From positions 1 to 64,000 of the forward strand of contig NW_020845796.1 in the NCBI RefSeq assembly GCF_003704095.1: a stretch of 64,000 nucleotides of DNA, read 5' to 3'. Numbering within the stretch: the first letter of the stretch is position 1; each line of letters starts with the position of its first letter. The notes under the pieces are model-generated. The model did no database searches, had not been told where the DNA came from, and worked only from the letters and a program-made list of their open reading frames with translations. The DNA is from Pocillopora damicornis (taxonomy: Eukaryota). This document shows positions 40,777-52,800 of the stretch, in pieces. Both the position numbers and the translations under genes were made by a program.

Positions 40777-42172
40777 CAAAGGCCCAAGTGAAGAGTAGAG
40801 ACATTTTTATATTTAAAAATAAATTATTTCTCACCACTTAGGTACTAGAGTAAATTCAGCTTCAGCTTCTAGAAACTCCTCTTACCTGATATTTAGAGCA
40901 GATTCATGCAAAACTGCTATGTTCCCATTAGTGCATTGAAAAATTTTAAGGGAGCCAGTATCTGTGAGTGTGGCCCAAATTGTGGGTATTATTTGTGGCC
41001 CTGATCTCTTCTTACAGACTCAAAACATATTTTTCCTGTCCGACAACTGAACAAAGAAACACACTTGTGTATGAAGTTGAAGGGCATTTTTGCAGAGTGT
41101 TCTTTTTCTGAATGGAAAAACAATAATGGTGTGATACCCTAAACAAGAACAGAGAATGTACCACCAACTTGTAAAAATATTTTTTATTGAAAGTTCTATT
41201 TGATCTGTATATTGTTAACCTCTTAGTGTAAGATATAGATATTTATGAATATCATACACATTTTTTTAGTGTTATACCTAACCTAAACTAACATTAATTT
41301 TCAAAAAAATAGTTCTTCATGTATCACCCTTCAACCTCAAGTTCACAACACTTCTGTTACTTTTGAACACACATGCAATTTGGAGGTGTGTCAAAAATCA
41401 CTGCCTGCTGTCCAAACATTTAAATGCAAGATAAAGTCCAAAAAATTAATCCTGTCTTGCTCTAACCAAGGCTTGTAAAACCAACCCTTTCAAAGACTAT
41501 GACCCTTTAGCAGCTATGTACCAGACACCATAGGGGCCTAGAACCCAATTTGATAAATTAAGTAATTTATTTTAATTAAAATGGGACAGTTTTGAAAGCA
41601 TTAAGGCAAAGAAAAAGAATCTAAATAATTTTTTAATCCATATTGTAACCATCTCATAATCATTCTAAGCACAGAAATATCAAGCAAAGCTCAGCAGTGC
41701 TGGTTAAACCAGTAATCTACTCATGTCAAGATTAAATGTTCTGACCTTTCCACAAAGGTAATGCGAAACTTTGTAGGATGTACATGTAAATGAAGTCTGG
41801 CTCAAGCTATGGTTTAAACAACTTATGGACCAGCAAATTTCTTTAAAAGTGGTTTGTTTGAAGTGAAAAATTAGATTATTTTATGAAGTGTTAGATGCCA
41901 GCCTTCTTTGAAATGTTCACACTAATCAATATTCAAATAAAACACTTAATTTGGCCAAATAGGAGATAGCCTGTGAGCAGGCCATTTCAGCACAAGTTCA
42001 CAGGGAAAGTATGAGGCCTTCAGCGACTGGAGCTGGCAAGAGGTCTTCAAGGGATTGAGTACTGAGAATGAGGCAAACCTATCCCTGACTTGTCTCAAAT
42101 CTTGTGGGGAGAGAAATGTGCATCCTGCAGCATTTATAATGGGGGCCTACTTAAAGGCTAAATAGAACATTG

Positions 42173-42380
42173 TTAAGCGTTTCCACCCTAACATCAGTAT
42201 GCATATTCTTCTTACTCTTCTCTATACATTTCCTTTGATACTGACAAGGAGAATTCATTTACCAATCACAGCTTCTTAGGTTGTGATCATTTCCTTTATT
42301 CTCATGATCTAAATGAATGATTCACCAGTATTATTGTAAGGAGAAATTAGACGCTGGCTACTCAGGGATTAAATGGTTAA
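42173..42380. mobile_element. piggyBac-type MITE, subfamily B
   Basis: TTAA..CCCTAACATCAGTATGCATATTCT..GTAAGGAGAAATTAGA..GG-TTAA. Confidence 0.75.
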
Positions 42381-42850
42381 GAGTGGTTTTTCCTCAAAAA
42401 CAGCTTAAGTTTGATAAAAATAAGTAGCCCCTCATAGACCACAGTGTACATGAAAGCCTTTCACATCAAAAGGAACAAAAAAACATTATCAACTTCTCGA
42501 CTATTCCTAATAAAAAGTTTGAAAACCAGAAACTAGAAAATGTGTTCGGATGAGAACTGTGACGCTACACCTCCCTGTCAATGTCTAAAGTACAAAACTA
42601 TCCGACCGTTGAAATCAAAATTATTCTGCTATCAATCAGAGAATTCCATAAAATACAAAATGCACCAAAATTGAAAGATGTTACAACTGCTAAAATCTTT
42701 GACAACAGTCTAAAACGTTAGCCTAATTTCTACAGTTCGTTGCTTGAGACTGTGCTTGCTGCTGAAAGAGGTTAACACAACAGTTTGAAAAGGCTCAAAC
42801 ATTTTAATCAGCATCTGAAGAAAATTCATTGTCACTTGAGACTACTGCTG

Positions 42851-45800
42851 CTAGCAATAAAATCTTGAAAATGCAACTTTGGTGTAATCTGGTCTCTGAT
42901 TCCAGCTGTTTTCAGGTACTGTGGCTATACCTTTTGAAATACAAAGAAATATCAGTGTGGAACAAAATGTAACAATATCTAATAATATCACCATCATCAT
43001 CATGGGTATTATTAAAAGCTGTGTTCATGGACATGACACTTAAATTTCACAATGCCTCTTTCAACCTAGCAATGTTAATGGCTACCAAAAAACTTCCCAG
43101 GAAACAGAGAAAACAAAATTTGCCAGTAAGTTACTTTCAAAGGTTCAGCCCTACACTCAAGGGAACTTGCAACCTAAAGTCTACTCATGCTTTGTAAACT
43201 GAGCTATGCTCTAGAATTTCACTGAGTTGGAAAGACTTCACCTAACCAATCAGCAGTGTATAAGATCAATTGCTCTGACTGCCATGCATCCCACATCGGT
43301 GAGACTGGCAGAAACCTCACAACTAGACTGACTGAACCTAAACAGTCACAAATAGTCACCACTACCGATACCAGTCTTTCTCAGGACTTCACTCACCCAG
43401 ATGATCAAACAACACTATTACATGTTACCTCTGCATTCAAACCATTTACTATGTGTAATATATCAATCAACACAAATAAAGTAAGCTTTTTCAAGTACAA
43501 TATACGTGTAAGTGGAACTATACAACCATGGACAACATCAACACCATCCTCTGAAAGTTGTACTCACCATCAGTCAATGCTCGCTCTACTTTTTCATCCT
43601 CGTGGATTTCCCTGTAAAATAATTTTCAAGTTATGCTCACACAACTCAAATTAACTCTTAGTCATTAATTTGCACTACATCAATTTTTCACTCTTCTAGT
43701 GGGGAAAGAGAAATTAGTGCAATGATGTATGAAAATAGACCATCACAGAGACTCCAAAATCCTCTGTTTACACTCTAGGATAAGTGTGCATCCTTGAAAA
43801 CAAAATCATTTGTTCCACAAGTGACTAAAATGCATACTCCTAAAAGATGTCTTGTGTTTCATCTGAAAACCAAGGAGATGGTGTTTGAAACTTCAAAATA
43901 GTCTGACTAATGGAGTAAATAACTGCAATGGCTTGCAAAAGGATGTACAATTTTTTTCAGTTGGAAAGTGGCATAAAAGATACAAAATTATCNNNNNNNN
44001 NNNNNNNNNNNNNNNNNNNNNNNNNNNNNNNNNNNNNNNNNNNNNNNNNNNNNNNNNNNNNNNNNNNNNNNNNNNNNNNNNNNNNNNNNNNNCTCTGTTT
44101 TGCATAGTACAGAATGAGACAGTACAATTTGTAAAGGTTACTTACAGGTATATCAGTTCTGACTCCCTTCTCATTATCACATTCCTTTCATGAACCACAC
44201 TGAGCCATTCCCTCAGAAGTTCTTCCTCACAATCATTGAAGGGTCTTTCAGCTATAGAGATAGTTTGAAAATATTGTTCAAAATCTCAACTATCAAAATT
44301 TTCTGCACAAGGATTACATGCACATAGAGCTTAATTAAGACAGTATTTTTAAAGTATCTTTCTTAATGATTTAATTGTGAAGTAAGGTGTTTAAAATTCT
44401 GCATTTGTGTATAAACCAAGCTGGAGAAACAATTGCATACTTACAGTCCATACTTTCCCTCAAGTTGTGTTCAATTTTCACTCCCCGTCTTTCCAGCTCT
44501 CTGTGTAATGCCTCCAGAGACTGTAATTCAGTATCAATCTCTGCAGGAGAAAGTGTTATTTCTTCCTCCTTAATCAGATCAGTACTGTTACAGCCGTGAT
44601 TCTTAGCACCCCGCAATGAGAAAATTGCATCTCTTTCTGCTCTGCTGGTTTTACTATTTTCTCTACCAAAGCAGAATTCTCCCTCAACTTCCATGACACA
44701 TTGATGCTCCTCTGCAATCCTATGATATTCCAAGTCCCAGGGTTCCATGGTTTCAACAGTGAAAAATCTGCTGTTAATTTTGGTGGTAGCTGCTTCCTGA
44801 GCTATGATGATGGACATTCTAGGTGAGCTGCATGATGAACTAGAGCCACTAAAAGATGCTCTGTGTTCACTTGATAAAGGCAAGGACCATTGAATCTCAG
44901 GCAAATAGCCAATACCTGGTGATGATGGATCACCTGAAGTTTGCAAATCTTTCAAACTTTCTCTTGGCAGTTGTTTTTCAGTGGGTGACACAGATGAATC
45001 ACTTCCTGAGAAGGAAAATTCTGCTGCAACTTTCAAATTCCTTGCAGACATTTTGTCATCAGCTGACAGAGACCTCTGAAAATTACTTTGTGTATATAAA
45101 GGCATATCAATACCACTGTCATGGGATGCTGAATGTCTTTTTAACCCTGGAGAATTTTGTTCATGATTAGGAGAATGAGGACTAGCAGGTTCAACTTGAA
45201 GTGATGGAACCTCGCTTGACACCTGGTCAGACTTAGTCTCCGAGTAATCATTTTCTGTAGAAGGTGGCCCTCCACTAATTTGACTGTCACTTGAAACACT
45301 TTCATCTTGTTGCGTGTGATCAACATTTATAATTACTATGTTGTCATTTGCATCTATACTTTGCAATCTATCTGTAGAAGTATCAGGTAAGGTAACAAAT
45401 TCAGTATCCCTAGAGTCAGATGAATTATTGTTGTCCTTAGACCCAGTTGTATGATCATCAGCTTGTTCTGTACTTTCTTCACTTCCAAGCTCAGAAGAAT
45501 CAGATTTTTCTTTGGATTCACTTGAAGGGAGATCAGCTGTTTTTTCTGTAACAGTAATATTTGACTTTTGTTCAATTCCTGCGGAGGAATTATCAGATTT
45601 TGATGGTACTATATCTGATTTCCCTCCAACAGATTTTCTTTCACTACTTCCATTGTCCATATACATTTTTCTTAATTCCTTAACACTCCGCCGACTTGTA
45701 CCAAAGCTTGGTTTCTTTACCTCAGCTGCCTTTCCAGAGCTTATTGAATGTTTCCTTGATGTAACTTGATGAGATTCTGTCTGTTGTTTCCAAGCAGAGA

Positions 45801-48800
45801 CACACCTTAGTTCTCTCTGAATTTCAACACTTTTCTTCGCCAAGTTATTCTTGTGTTTTTCATCAATCATGTCATTAATGTTCAGAAACTTTTCCCGCAG
45901 TCTTTGTACACCCTTGGCAGCTGTTGAAGGCTCAGACTCTTCAGAAACACTTGTCTTCCGTGATGACACTGATTTTGTTGACTTAGTTGAATCACTTTGG
46001 ACACTAGAATCTGAACATTTATGCTGATTGTCTGGCTTCTCCAAGTTGTCCTCTTTTGAGTTCCTGACATGACTATCAGATTCATTTTCCAATGAATCAC
46101 TGTCTCCAGTTTTGCTGTTTCCTAATTTTGTCTTGGGTTCCTGATTTGAAAATTCTGGTGTAACACAATCAGTATCACCTTCCTTCGCTACCTTATCATC
46201 ATCACTATCCATTTTACCTTCTGTTGCCCTCTTCAGTAATTCCTCTTTAAAAGAAAAAAGAAGATTCACAGAAGGCGATTCTGGCTCTTTTGTAGACCTT
46301 TGATCATCAGGTTTCTGTTTAAGTTTTTCCTCCTCCTCTTGCTGTTCTTCAGATACAAAAAGAGACTTTGATAATGAAATTCCTGAACTATCATCTGGTA
46401 CCTTCACACTCAAGGTCTTGCTTACCACTTCACTACTGCTATTTTTAACACTATCACTTTCATCATCAACTAGACTAATATCAGGAGCTCGTCTTTTGTT
46501 TTCTGGTGACCAGGAGGAATTTCCCTGATCACCCAGTTCCTCAGAGTCAAAATATCTTCCTTTCCCATCACGTTTTTTCCTGGGTCTTCCTCCACCAGAG
46601 AATCGCCGTTTTTTCTCACCAGGCTCAATTCTCTTTGCCTGTGACCTGTCATAACGCTGTGATGAGTGTGACTGCTTTTGGCTTTTCATAACACGAGGTT
46701 TCCCTTGGGTTAGTGGCTGTGGCAATGCAGCTAATGTTATTGCATTCTTTTTAACAACTGAGAACTGTCTCTGAAGTGGGCTTTTATCAGATGGTTTTGT
46801 AGAATTGTTATCGGACAGATTGGGAGAAGATTCAGGTGATGGACCCTCCTCTGTTTGTTTTTGCTGGGCAGCATTTGTTAAGGGTTCTAGTTTAATTTTT
46901 ATGGGATTTTCCCTCTGACCTGTTGGGTAAAGCAGAAGAAAGAGATCTCTCAGACTTAACAGTCTCACTCACAAAATATAAATATAAATTCTCCATACTG
47001 TCTGTTAACCATTTCTCATAATTTAAGCAATGAGAATTTGTTATTAAATCAGTCAGTATTCCCCACTTAATATTCTTTCCTTCAAACCTTGAACAAACTG
47101 ACCACTAGCAAGAATATAAGACTAAAACATAATTAACACAAGTAATATTAAAATTGTTCCATAAAATCCTCCAAAATCTGATCTTTAACTCTCCTCTCAA
47201 GCTGCTACACATTGACTTGTAAATTAGTAATGAGTATTTGGTGTTAGATCAAGATAACAACTTCTACCTGATAAGTCTGAGTATTCTCATTACCTGTTTG
47301 CTGATAATGTATGAATATAATAAGGAGAATTTACTATTTAATCATTTCTAGGAGATAGAGGTTGAACTTAGTTACACCAGAGCCTCCAAAATAAAACTTT
47401 AGTAGAAAGCTATGCACTAGAATCCTATTGTTGGCTTGACATCTTCTTTCTGAGTATACTAGTATTCCTGATTGCAGTCTTTTGTATTAAAACTTGATTG
47501 CTTTGATTCATAAGTTAGAGAATTTTGGTATCAAAATTATTTTGGTAGTAAAATTGTAATTTCAGTACCTCCTGGGCAATCAAATAAACAGCAGAACTTC
47601 TGGGTATTAGGAAAGTAATGATATGTTCCAGGTCGAAGGCAGGCTTTGCATTTATCACATCTGAAGCATGCCCTGTGGAACAGCTTCCTTTCTGCAATCA
47701 GTCTTTCCATGAGAAACACTCTGCTGTGACAGATAAAACAATCATTTCCCAGCAATGGTGATTTTCCTGGTGCACTTGGGATGAGTTCATCAGTATTTCT
47801 GTTCTAAAAATAATACAAGGAATATCAATTATTATTTTCTGTTAAACCCTTTAACTCCCGAGATCTCATTAGTAATTCTTCTTACTGTCTGCCATACAGT
47901 TCTTGTGATGTTAGTTGGGAGAATTTGGGATTAGATCAACTTATAATCCCCTAATTGGTATTTTTCTTTATTCTCATCACTTATCTGCTTGATATTGTAT
48001 TGATATTGTAAGGAGAAATTCTGTCTTGGTCACTCATGGGAGTTAAGGGGTTAACTGAACTGTGATGATCACAGCCCTTTAACTTCAAGATCTGATTTCC
48101 TCCTAAATGTATTACAAGAATTTGGTTTTAGATCATATGACAATTTCTACCTGATATGGTTGAGTATCCTCTTTACCTGTTTGCTAAAAAATATATCAGT
48201 ATTTTAGGGAGAAGTTAAATTTTAATCCATTGTAGAGTAAAAGAGTTCATGACAGTGATCATCTGAGGGAATAATAATAATATGCTAATCATATCAAAGC
48301 AAGATGCTTCAAAAGGCGATGTGTAACCAGCTGGTCTCATTATCTGAAGAAGACTTGCAGATTGCAAAGTAACCAATGAGAGCATACCTTCTTAGGGAAA
48401 AAATTCCTGTTATATAAATCTAACAAATAATTATAAAATACATGTACTACTATCAACACTTACTGTTTCCTGGTTTGTCCTTAAAGGTTCAACGCTTAAA
48501 TATTTACTGCCTTGACCCTGCTCCTTGCTCTTGGTTGATTCTTCTTTAGCATCAGACTTGAAAACATTCCGCAAGGCTGTAGCAACCCTCTTTGCATGAC
48601 CTGACAAGAGGTATATCTGATGGGAAGGTGAGATACGCTTGCTGCCTTTGTGACCTGTAGATTCACTTCGTGTTTTTGGCTGGATATTCATCTTAGTGGA
48701 ATAGCCCTGGTTTGCTTATAATCAACAGAAAAAAAATTTCAACTTCAATACCTCAAAGCATATCAAGGTCTAAAAAAGTGCTAACAGAAGAGGACCTAAG

Positions 48801-51783
48801 CGCTAGTCTTTACTTCTGTTTTGAATCAACATTCCTCAGACTATGGCAAAACATATGCATTTCTAATAGGACTTAGCTTCTAATTTCTTCTCACAATATC
48901 ACCGCTGAATTGCAAATTAAGGTCACAAGAACAGAGGAAATGATCACCAACTAAAGAAGTTCTAGATTGTCAAACAAATTCTTCTTGTCAGCACCTTAAG
49001 AAATGAATGGGGAACAGCATCGCGAATATGCATATCAATGTTAGGGTGTTAAATCTGACATCAATCTAAGCAATCCAGGTTACAATCATTCAAGTTGACA
49101 TGGTGACTACCTAAAACATTGGTGACTTAATGTGCAGCAGGGTAGTTTACCAAATTGGCAAATTAGGTTTATCAGTCTTATTCTCATTACATGTTTGCTG
49201 GATAATGTATGGACATTGAAGGGAGAAGATACATGTTCATCACCTCTAAGAGTTAAAGAATTAAGAACAATTAAGAAGCATAAGGCACAGATTTTAAATT
49301 GACAGACTACATACCTGGAGTTCTGTTCTTGAAGTACTCGTACAGCTGCGAGACATAGGTGATAACACTCAATTTATCTGGAATGATATTTTCTACCATG
49401 TCACCTGCATCAAGTACGATTGGAATACCAAAATGCTTCTCTGCCACACTAAAAGCCTGTGAAGAATTTAAAGTATTGCTTATAAAATCACTTCAAGCCC
49501 TAAAATAAGTCAAACTTCACACTGAACTAACCCAGTATCAACCCCTTTTCCATAGTAGAAGACCCTTATCACTAGGCCACTTGATTTAACCACAGACCAT
49601 TTGCAGAGCTCTCAAATTAGATTGCTGACAAAGCGTGAGAATTTTTACCTCATTTCCATTAATTGTTACTCTGCAGGCATCATACTGTTGAAGGGCGGGG
49701 AAAAGAGAGAATATGCATACCAATGTTCAAATTGCCACTAAAAATTATGAAAATATGAAGTACCTATGACACATATTTCTTTATTCTGAGTGTGTGCAGA
49801 GCGAGTCCATGTAAACCACCTGAACTAACATGAGAGCATGTGCACTAATAATTAAAACCACAGACTGGTGAAACGGATGCCCTGCACAAGGATTTCCAAT
49901 TGCTGGGATGTGTTCAAAGAACAAAGGGATAAAGGAACAAATTATATCTAAAAAGATAATTGTATGGGTACTTAACTAAAGCAGCACTTTGCTATCTCAA
50001 AATCAACAGTTTAAATCAGAAATCTTACTTGTGTGAGAACAAGTAATATTAGCGTGAGAGCCTGAGACTGGATTTATTAGTGTGAGCCTCACACTCAATG
50101 TGTGAGACTTCACAGCTGTAATGCTATTTCAACATCGTAACCCTATATCAAAATGATCTATTTGGATATTGTTCTATAGCAATTTGCGAGGAATACTGCA
50201 TCAAGTTTGTGCAACAAAAACAAAGGAGGTGGTCATGACCCAAATCATAACCTGTTAAAATTAATCATTAGTTAATGGAGTTGACTCTTTGATTAACTTA
50301 ATTCTGTGATCACATTGAGCTTAACAGAAGTTCAACTTTGGATGAGATCCAAGCTTTAATATTGCTAGCCAATATTGTGTCACAGTTGAATGCAACCATT
50401 CATCCTGAAAGCAGATTGCTGTGCCCACTCCAGTAAATTATTTGAAGGAATTCAAAGCAGGCATTTGCGATAAAAAAAACTTTGAGATGTGGCAGAGGCT
50501 GTTAATATGTTGAGAAGATAACCCAATATACACGATGATCCCTATCTCAGGTTAAAATAACACGTAAATTACATTTAAAGCTGAAAACCTGACACGGAAT
50601 CCCATTAAGTATAAGAACTGGATCGTCTCTTAAAATTAAAAGAGCCGCTGGCAAAATTCCAGGTCTTTGTTAAAATAGAATCTGTTATGTCTGAAAGGGT
50701 TAAGAAGGTTGTATTTGAGAGTTCGTTTGTGAACGACAATATTGCTACTGACGTTTTATAACTTAAAATCTAAACAAAAAGCGCAAACATCCAGCAGCTC
50801 AAACGCCTACGGCCAAGACACCAACTCTTTCACGTTAAAAATTTCATTGAATTCGATCGGAAAATAAAGAAATTTAAAGAACCCTGCCGGGAAGTGAGAG
50901 ATCACATTTGCATTCCGAAGCGTCACGCAAAAAGATGCTGTGTGCAAATATTTTTGCAACTATATATCAACACTCAACAATTCTCTCGCGGAATAAAATG
51001 TATTCAATAACGTGACGCCTTCCGATCTCATGAACAATGCTAACGACATGACTAAGGATGAAACCCAACCGTCTGTGTATTATAAACAAAAGGTCCTCAC
51101 GACAAATTAGTACCTCGCTGCAAGAATGTCAAAATTATACGCTTTGCAAGGCCGCGACCGGAAATTAGACACATAAATCTCTGACAACAATATTTGTTTA
51201 GCTTTTCAATAAAGCGCACATTTTCTTATCTCTGTTTCTAGCATCTATTCTAATTGTTATGACACCATTAAGGGAAAATAATTGAAACACAAGAGCATGA
51301 ATTTTAACAAGTGTCAATGTACCATGAAAAATCTATTTTCAGCGATGCTAAGAGACTGTCTTAGTTTCCTCCCACGATTATACAACTTACAAGCTCATTG
51401 TTTTCCATGATGTTCTCTTTGGACAGCCTGTCGAACTCTCTGTAATTGAAAAAAAAACATTTTCAGTTAAACAATAAAACAATAATGCATTTCATCGGGA
51501 CAAACATATCAACTTGAGTCAATTGGCCGGTCAGTAACAAACAGAATGCACCTAAATCCACGACCAGTAAGATTTTTCCATCTAACAATTACAAGCTCTA
51601 GGCTTACATCAAATCCGGCCTGTAACGGTGGATAATCGCACAGAACGCCAAACCATCCCGCCATGAAGTCGACATGTTAAACACATTCACATCGTTGTAA
51701 CTCTCTGTCTGTTGTCGACACCAAAATAACAGGGACCTTGTCCCGGAAAATGAAGTTTTTGCAGCCTTTGGATCTTGTTCCAT
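42851..51783 (-). CDS. MICAL-like protein (calponin-homology + LIM + long disordered region + C-terminal bMERB Rab-binding coiled coil; no monooxygenase domain)
   Basis: Exons 51783-51608, 51439-51391, 49456-49315 (CH: [70 protein letters not shown]), 48714-48464, 47803-47569 (LIM: [26 protein letters not shown]), 46919-44445 (2.5-kb exon ending in the bMERB start [13 protein letters not shown]), 44251-44146 ([24 protein letters not shown]), gap, 43611-43569, 42930-42851. MICALL1/2-type architecture. Confidence 0.88.
43250..43455 (+). mobile_element. Penelope-like retroelement relic: GIY-YIG endonuclease fragment plus pLTR remnant
   Basis: Translates [27 protein letters not shown], the PLE GIY-YIG signature VYxIxCxxC..YIGETGR.L..R..EH. 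It is followed by non-coding sequence with degenerate relatives at ~13871-13966 and ~21800-21935. Lies in an intron of the MICAL-like gene. Confidence 0.75.
47165..47366. mobile_element. piggyBac-type MITE, subfamily C, degenerate ends
   Basis: Body GGTGTTAGATCAAGATAACAACTTCTACCTGATAAG..ATTACCTGTTTGCTG matches the 38331 copy. Confidence 0.7.
47843..48054. mobile_element. piggyBac-type MITE, subfamily A
   Basis: CCCTTTAACTCCC...GGGAGTTAAGGGG-TTAA, 212 bp; followed by a deleted subfamily-C copy at ~48075-48249. Confidence 0.82.
48872..49264. mobile_element. Two partial piggyBac-type MITE copies (B reverse ~48872-49053; C 3' half ~49170-49264)
   Basis: Internal matches to full-length copies, e.g. 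GGAAATGATCACCAACTAAAGAAG and TGTTTGCTGGATAATGTATGG..GAGTTAAAG. Confidence 0.65.
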
Positions 51784-52639
51784 GTCAATCCCGTTCCTCT
51801 TTTTTAAAGCTATTTACAGGCAATTGTAGTAAAAATGAAGCTTAGAAATTCAAAGGTGTTGGTTTTCCTGGTCTCTTGACCGGCTGTTGGAGAACACCGT
51901 ACATCACTGAATCAATGACTAGTGAAGTACGAAGCTCAACTGCAGCATGAGACCGAAAATTTCCGCACAGATGTCAAGGAAATCTCGCCGTAAAAGTGAA
52001 TTTCAGCGTAGAGAGAGGACACAAACAGCCCATCAGGCCACACAGTCGGACGTAACTTAACTCGTTTTGCCTTGCACGGGGCCAGAAGGCTAAGGAGAAA
52101 AAGAAATTTACGAACGCTATCGCTATCTCGGATCTTCGTGGTTGGTAATCTTTGAGTACGTTCCTAACATTCCTCTGCACGCTGACAAAATTTGCTCGTT
52201 ACCGAAGGCTCCAGAAAACTTAAAAAATCTTTCCGGATCAAAAACTTGTTAAAAAATTACGTCGGGTCATTTCCTGGTAATAACAATAGTAAGCCAGGCC
52301 AAACTTGCAAGGAATTAACTCCACCCGAGAATATACGGACAGTGTACTCAATGGCTGTTTGGAATGAAAGCAGATTCTCGTGGAAATAGTTGAACTGGGT
52401 GAAGTCAACGGAAGGGCGTGGGAGCAAAGCGCTTTTTGAAACGTAACAAATTTTTACCTTCAAGTTCTCAGAGAAAGGAAGATCTTTGCTATGTTTCACT
52501 GAGGGTATCCAGCTCGGGCCCTCTCTTTTGTCCTGCAGAATCCTTTCTTGGATCAATATCAGTATCTAAGCAACTGCCCACCTACCCCTCCCCTAACCCA
52601 ATATTAACCCTCAATTGTTATCAATTTGACTGTTGTTGA

Positions 52640-52644
52640 AAGAA

Positions 52645-52689
<45 letters not shown>

Positions 52690-52800
52690 TATAGCAGGTA
52701 ATTTAGTGTTAACAACTGGGTTGAAAACGTAAATTAGCCACCGTAAAGGGTAGAAAAGCTGACGTTTCGAGCGTTAGCCCTTCGTCAGAGCGATTAGGGG
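52640..52800 (-). mobile_element. 161-bp hammerhead-bearing retroelement fragment (Penelope pLTR / retrozyme-like)
   Basis: Flanked by a 10-bp direct repeat CTGTTGTTGA (52630-52639 and 52801-52810); interrupts a foldback MITE; contains the hammerhead motif. Confidence 0.75.
52757..52792 (-). ncRNA. Minimal type I hammerhead ribozyme motif (Penelope/retrozyme type)
   Basis: Minus strand reads GCU-CUGACGA-A-GGGC-UAAC-GCUC-GAAA-CG-UC-AGC: conserved CUGANGA and GAAA boxes, 4-bp stem II, palindromic ACGU in place of stem III, GUC cleavage triplet, GCU/AGC stem I. Confidence 0.8.

Noticed and set aside
43773-43862. Exon-like minus-strand segment ([29 protein letters not shown]) that could join the next MICAL-like exon in frame
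   Set aside because: It has two in-frame TAG stops and lies next to an N gap that probably hides the real bMERB exon(s). A decayed duplicate, an assembly error and chance cannot be told apart.
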